Position numbers and translations under genes: made by a program. Below, piece by piece: positions 59,579 to 64,000 of a stretch of 64,000 nucleotides of DNA. Origin of the DNA: Sphaerodactylus townsendi. Lineage: Eukaryota. Within the stretch, counting starts at the first letter, position 1. Each line of letters begins with the position of its first letter. The stretch is from the NCBI RefSeq assembly GCF_021028975.2, contig NC_059433.1, positions 56,544,001 to 56,608,000 on the forward strand, in the 5' to 3' direction. The notes below the pieces were generated by a model, which was not told where the DNA came from, did not search any database, and worked only from the letters and a program-made list of their open reading frames with translations.

Positions 59579-61513
59579 AGAAGAAGAAGAAGAGTTGGGA
59601 TTTATATCCTCCCTTTCTCTCCTGTAGGAGACTCAAAGGAGCTTACAATCTCCTTGACCTTCCCCCCTCACAACAAATACCCTGTGAGGTGGGTGGGGCT
59701 GAGAGAGCTCTGAAAAGCTGTGTCTAGCTCAAGGTCACCCAACTGGCCTGTGTGGGAGTGCACAGGCTAATGTGAAGTCCCCCGATAAGCCTCCACAGCT
59801 CAAGTGGCAGAGCAGGAATCAAACCCAGTTCCTCCAGATTAGAATGCACCTGCTCTTAATTTTTATTTATTTATTTATTTATAAACCTTTATTAGGCATA
59901 AAACCAGTGCCAAGAATTTCAAATACAATAAAAAGATCATTATTGCTCAACTTGCAGTACACCGAGCAAAAACATAGCAACAGCTTCAGATATTTCCACA
60001 CTAGAGCTATTTAGAAGCTTAGCCATTTTTGTTTTATCAGAGAGGAGCATAAATCCTGTTGGTAACACAGTTCTCAAATTGGTTCTGATGTTGTTGTACT
60101 TTGAACAATGGAGCAGAATATGAGAAAGTGTTACAGTTGTATCAGGAAAGAATTGACGAAAGCGGCAGCCATCTTGTGGAATACCAGAGAATGGAAGCCT
60201 TACAGAGAAGAGAATATTGTACTGTGGAAGGAAGTTACACCTTGCTCTGGTCATGACCCATCTGCTGTTGTAATTAATAAGTTGTTGCAGATATATAGCA
60301 GGGCTAGTTTTCTGAGGGATGAAATCCCAAAGACTATTGGAGAGCAAGAGCTTTTGTGCTTTGCTCAGGAGAATTCAGTACTCTTGATCAAATAATCTAG
60401 ACTTTTAGCTGATGGTAAAATCTCCGGAGCGGTGAAGCATTTGTAAGGGCCTCCCAAAGAGAAGCGCTCTCAAAGGAAAAGATCTTTTTTTCAATAATGT
60501 AGCCACCATTTCGAAAGCTGAAGCTCTCTCATTTCTAACTGGGACAAACTGTTAGGGTCAAGTGCAAAAACAAAGGAAAGCGCAGCCAAAACTTAAAGGA
60601 GTTCACAACCCATGCCCTTGTTTCTAATAAATGTTGCCCTGATTCCAAACAAAGAACACCATAGGGGACACAACGCTTTTGGGGTGCCAAAGATCTGGTA
60701 TAAAGGAAATTGGATTGGATGCTTTCCACCCTCTTCTGGTGCCATGCTTGGATCCAGATGGGGATACCATACAAAAAAGGTGCTGGAGCCACCTTAGCGT
60801 TAAACACCTTCAAGCAGCTTTCGCTGGTATGGAATCTACCACCATTGATGTTAAAAAACTTCAGTACTGCAGCCCGGATAAATTTTTGCAGGCTTTAAAG
60901 GGTGTTATCTCTGTGTGTGGTCCAGGTTGACTTATGATGGAATATTATCCCAAAGGTATTTGAACAATTTAACTTGCTTTCTCGATGTCAGCACCTTGGA
61001 GAGACCATTATCTTGAAGGTCTAAAAGCATTGGAAAAAAGACTTCACAATTTTTAGATCTCTTGATTGGATTAATGACCAACCTGTTGTTTGAACAGTAT
61101 TCACCACACTTAGTCAGCATGTTTCTGAGACCAGATCTTGTTCTTGATAATAAAACTGCATCATCGGCATAAAGGAGAATAGACAGAGGCACACCGTTCA
61201 GATAGGGACAATGAAAGTTGAAACTATTCAATGTGGGGGCAAGATCATGTAAAAAAAGATTAAATAGCATGGGTGCTAATACACACCCTTGTTTTACCCC
61301 CTGAGAAACTGGTATTTTGGGTGTTAAGGAACCTGATGGTGTACACCTTATCTGGCAGGTGGGATTCCTGTAAAGAGATCTAATTAATAGGAGAAGCCTA
61401 GGATCAATAGCGAGCTTCTGCAGTTTAAGCCATAGCAGCAATCTGTCAATAGAGTCAAAAGCCCCCTTAAAGTCAATAAAGGCTGCAAAACCTGCTCTTA
61501 ATTACTATGCCAC
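59579..61513 (-). mobile_element. Second Squam3-like SINE (59579-59861 plus 61504-61513) split by a LINE
   Basis: (AAG)n tail, SINE body, and head remnant actatgccac after the LINE TSD. Confidence 0.85.
59862..61489 (-). mobile_element. 5'-truncated RTE-X-like LINE
   Basis: RT GVKQGCVLAPMLFNLF and LLYADDAVLLS, C-terminal HILLHCSKY, (TAAA)n tail; 14-bp TSD ACCTGCTCTTAATT (59848-59861, 61490-61503); homologous to the RT at 47230-47560. Confidence 0.9.
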
Positions 61514-63739
61514 ATTAAAAGTGATGCTGTTTCATGGTGGGGGATAATCCATCCCAAACCAGCATCACTTTCAATGTTGTTTAACTGGGGACCCCAGATT
61601 CTCCCTTTAAGGTGGATTTAAAAGGAGAATTTGGGGCTGTCTAGTTTAAACACCACTGAAAGTGATGCTGTTTGGGGGGATCTGGATTCCAACATCTAGC
61701 AGCTGCCGCCCGGGGCGCAAAACTCAGATTTTGCACAGGGCTCCATTTTCCCTCTATGCCTCTGCCCAGAGGGGAGAGCAGAAGGAACTGCCAGCTGCTG
61801 GCTTTAGGATTCAGCAATGGTGGAGTGCAGGAAGGGCAGGGCGGGAGAGTCTGCTGTCCCCGGCCTTGGAGAGCTGCTTTTATAAGTGCTAGGCCAAGGA
61901 GACGGACTTAGGAGGCATGTAGCCATGCCCCAGGGGAAGCAGTGGGGATGTTAGGCCCACCCCACCCATGCTAAAAAAAATCTATACCTACGTCCCTGGC
62001 TGAGAGAGTTGTGAAGAACTGTTGATTAACCCAAGGTCAGCCAACAGGCTTCATGTGTAGGAGTGTGGAAACAAATCCAGTTCACCAGATAAGAGGTTGC
62101 TCCTTATGTGGAAGAGTGAGGAATCTAACCCCAGTCCTCCAAATTAGAGTCCACTGCTCTTAACCACTACACCATACTGGCTTTAGAAAATGCTCTAAAT
62201 TTAATGTTAGTGGCTTCCAGGGGGAGGGGAGAATAACAATTTATTGGTAGTTTGGACTGTGCCTTATACAGTCACGACCGCACATTTACAGACTGTTAAT
62301 GATAAGAGAAAATTTGTACCCACCAGGCTGAAGACTAAAAAATCACATCATATAACATCATAGGAATGTTGAAGAATTATTTCAAAACAATTTTGTACAA
62401 TACAGGTACATAGGAACACATAGGAACAAACTGACTGTTGGCATTTTCCATCACTATTCACTGAAGAAGAGCAGCACCATTGCACACATGTACATGCATT
62501 GTTTATCCTCAAGGTTATATTGAGTTATATCATGAATTCACAACATATTATTTACGGAGTTTTATGGATATATACTCTGCTTGCTTCAACTTAAACATCT
62601 TTCTGCATTTCCTCCTTAAAAACTGGTAAACAGGCTGTGAACAATAAATCTGCACACCTGTCCACAATTAGGATGTCATGCTATTGATGCTGGACTAGGT
62701 GGCATGAGTAGAGCTCTCAAGAAAGGTCTGATTTTTTAAATGATTTGGATAAAGCTTCACATTTTAGGATACAGTCATGACCCAATGTTTAACACTGGGA
62801 ATAGTAGCAAAATGCACAAAGGCAGGGAAACTCATCTTTAAGAACAAGCTTTGAAGTTGTTCATCCACAGAACTAAAGATAGTCTATTCCATAGGGAAAT
62901 TGTTAACATTTTAAAATATGGAAATGAAAAATATTTCCACACCTAATAGCCTTGGAAATAATGGGGATGATATCTCCACCTTAAGCTTACAAACATCTAG
63001 TAGTTATACAGACTTTGCTAGTAACCACCAAAACAAAGACAGATGGGAAATAATTTTTTTAAAAATTCTCATACTTATTCTGCTAAGTCTTGACTTGCAC
63101 TTCAAAATCCCTAGAGGTACAGTTAGCTCATGGTAATCCACCTGTCAAAACTTATTGCTTAATTATAGTGATGTATTTAACTTATTTATCACAAGAAAGC
63201 AACGGTTTCTCACTTTAAAAATGTGTGTATTAACCATGTTGCACAAATAATAGATCACAAGGATATATAGTAAAGGATTTAAGACTATCAAATAAGGTAT
63301 ACTGTTAATATCTAAATGTCTCTTGAGAAATTTAGGAATGCCTATAAGCATATTCAAAATAAACTGCAGCCGTTCCAAAGTCTTTAATGGTGGTAGGAGA
63401 GCTGTTTTGTTCACACTATCTTGCAGTAATCACCATAGTTTAAAATAGATTTTAATCAAGTGCCATCTGCATAACAGACTGAACAAACAACATAAAATTC
63501 TAGTACAACTTGCCATATAAAATAAAAATGGTTCAGTCTCTCTCTGCCACATAAACAGAATAGGCTGCAGCACTTCTTCAGCAATCATGTTTAGTTAACA
63601 CTGCTGTTTACAGTACTCTCATGGCTCCCTTCTTTCTAAACCCCATGAAACCCTTTCATAAGTGAAATCCAAATGACCATGAAACAGTCTTCTATTTTGT
63701 TAGAGAGATATATTTGTGAAGATATAATGGTAGATCCCG

Positions 63740-64000
63740 ATTATTTAGCAACACCCAAATTGAAGCTTTAATGACTTCACTGCTCAAGCTGGGCTTTTGG
63801 ATTGACCCACTGGATGCTTTTTAACCTTTTATTTTGCTCCAAGGCCCTTAGGAGTGGGTTGATCGAGAAGATGTAGAGCAGGGGGCTGAATGGGCACCCC
63901 TGTCTTACGCCTCTGCCTTGGATGGTAATATCTTGTTTCCCTTCTCCACTCCTAGAGTGTGGTGTTTCTAACTTTTGGTGCATTTTGGGGCTTATTGTGG
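63740..64000 (-). mobile_element. Tx1/L1-clade RT fragment running off the window
   Basis: RGVRQGCPFSPLLYIFSINPLLRAL. Confidence 0.75.

Larger units (their letters stand above)
58668..61998 (-). mobile_element. Non-autonomous hAT element with internal ~196-bp tandem units; hosts a SINE and a LINE
   Basis: TIR CAAGGACGTAGGTA / TACCTACGTCCCTG; perfect 8-bp TSD GCTGAGAG (58660-58667, 61999-62006). Confidence 0.92.
58542..62181 (-). mobile_element. Squam3-like SINE split into 58542-58667 and 62007-62181 by a hAT insertion
   Basis: The two halves join seamlessly across the TSD GCTGAGAG into a complete SINE with (TTC)n tail and tRNA head. Confidence 0.88.

Overview
Eukaryotic (vertebrate) genomic DNA from a squamate reptile, probably a gecko judging by the SINE repertoire. 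It has two assembly gaps (11652-11829 and 23182-23441). The only host gene is the 3' half of TOX (thymocyte selection-associated HMG box) on the minus strand. Five coding exons (57607-57837, 39134-39214, 33457-33843, 26563-26714, 23743-23779) have canonical GT-AG sites and join in frame to 295 aa plus stop: NLS, HMG box, and a C-terminus ending RDKALYLT. The 3' UTR probably ends near 22.6 kb and the 5' exons lie beyond the right edge. The rest is introns and downstream intergenic DNA dense with transposable elements: hAT and PIF/Harbinger-like MITEs, a SPIN derivative, solo LTRs, CR1, L2, RTE-BovB, RTE-X-like, Tx1/L1-like and Penelope-like elements, and tRNA- and 5S-derived SINEs. There is no CRISPR array, intact RNA gene or novel multi-gene system. 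The most notable items are (1) a TSD-flanked 156-bp Penelope-derived insert carrying a near-complete minimal hammerhead ribozyme, (2) a four-layer nested TE stack with readable TSDs, (3) a SPIN MITE that appears to have captured a MIR/CORE-SINE segment, (4) a palindromic module bounded by splice-donor motifs and shared by MITEs with different terminal repeats, and (5) a very young CpG-rich solo LTR. TE family names come from recalled motifs, not database searches.
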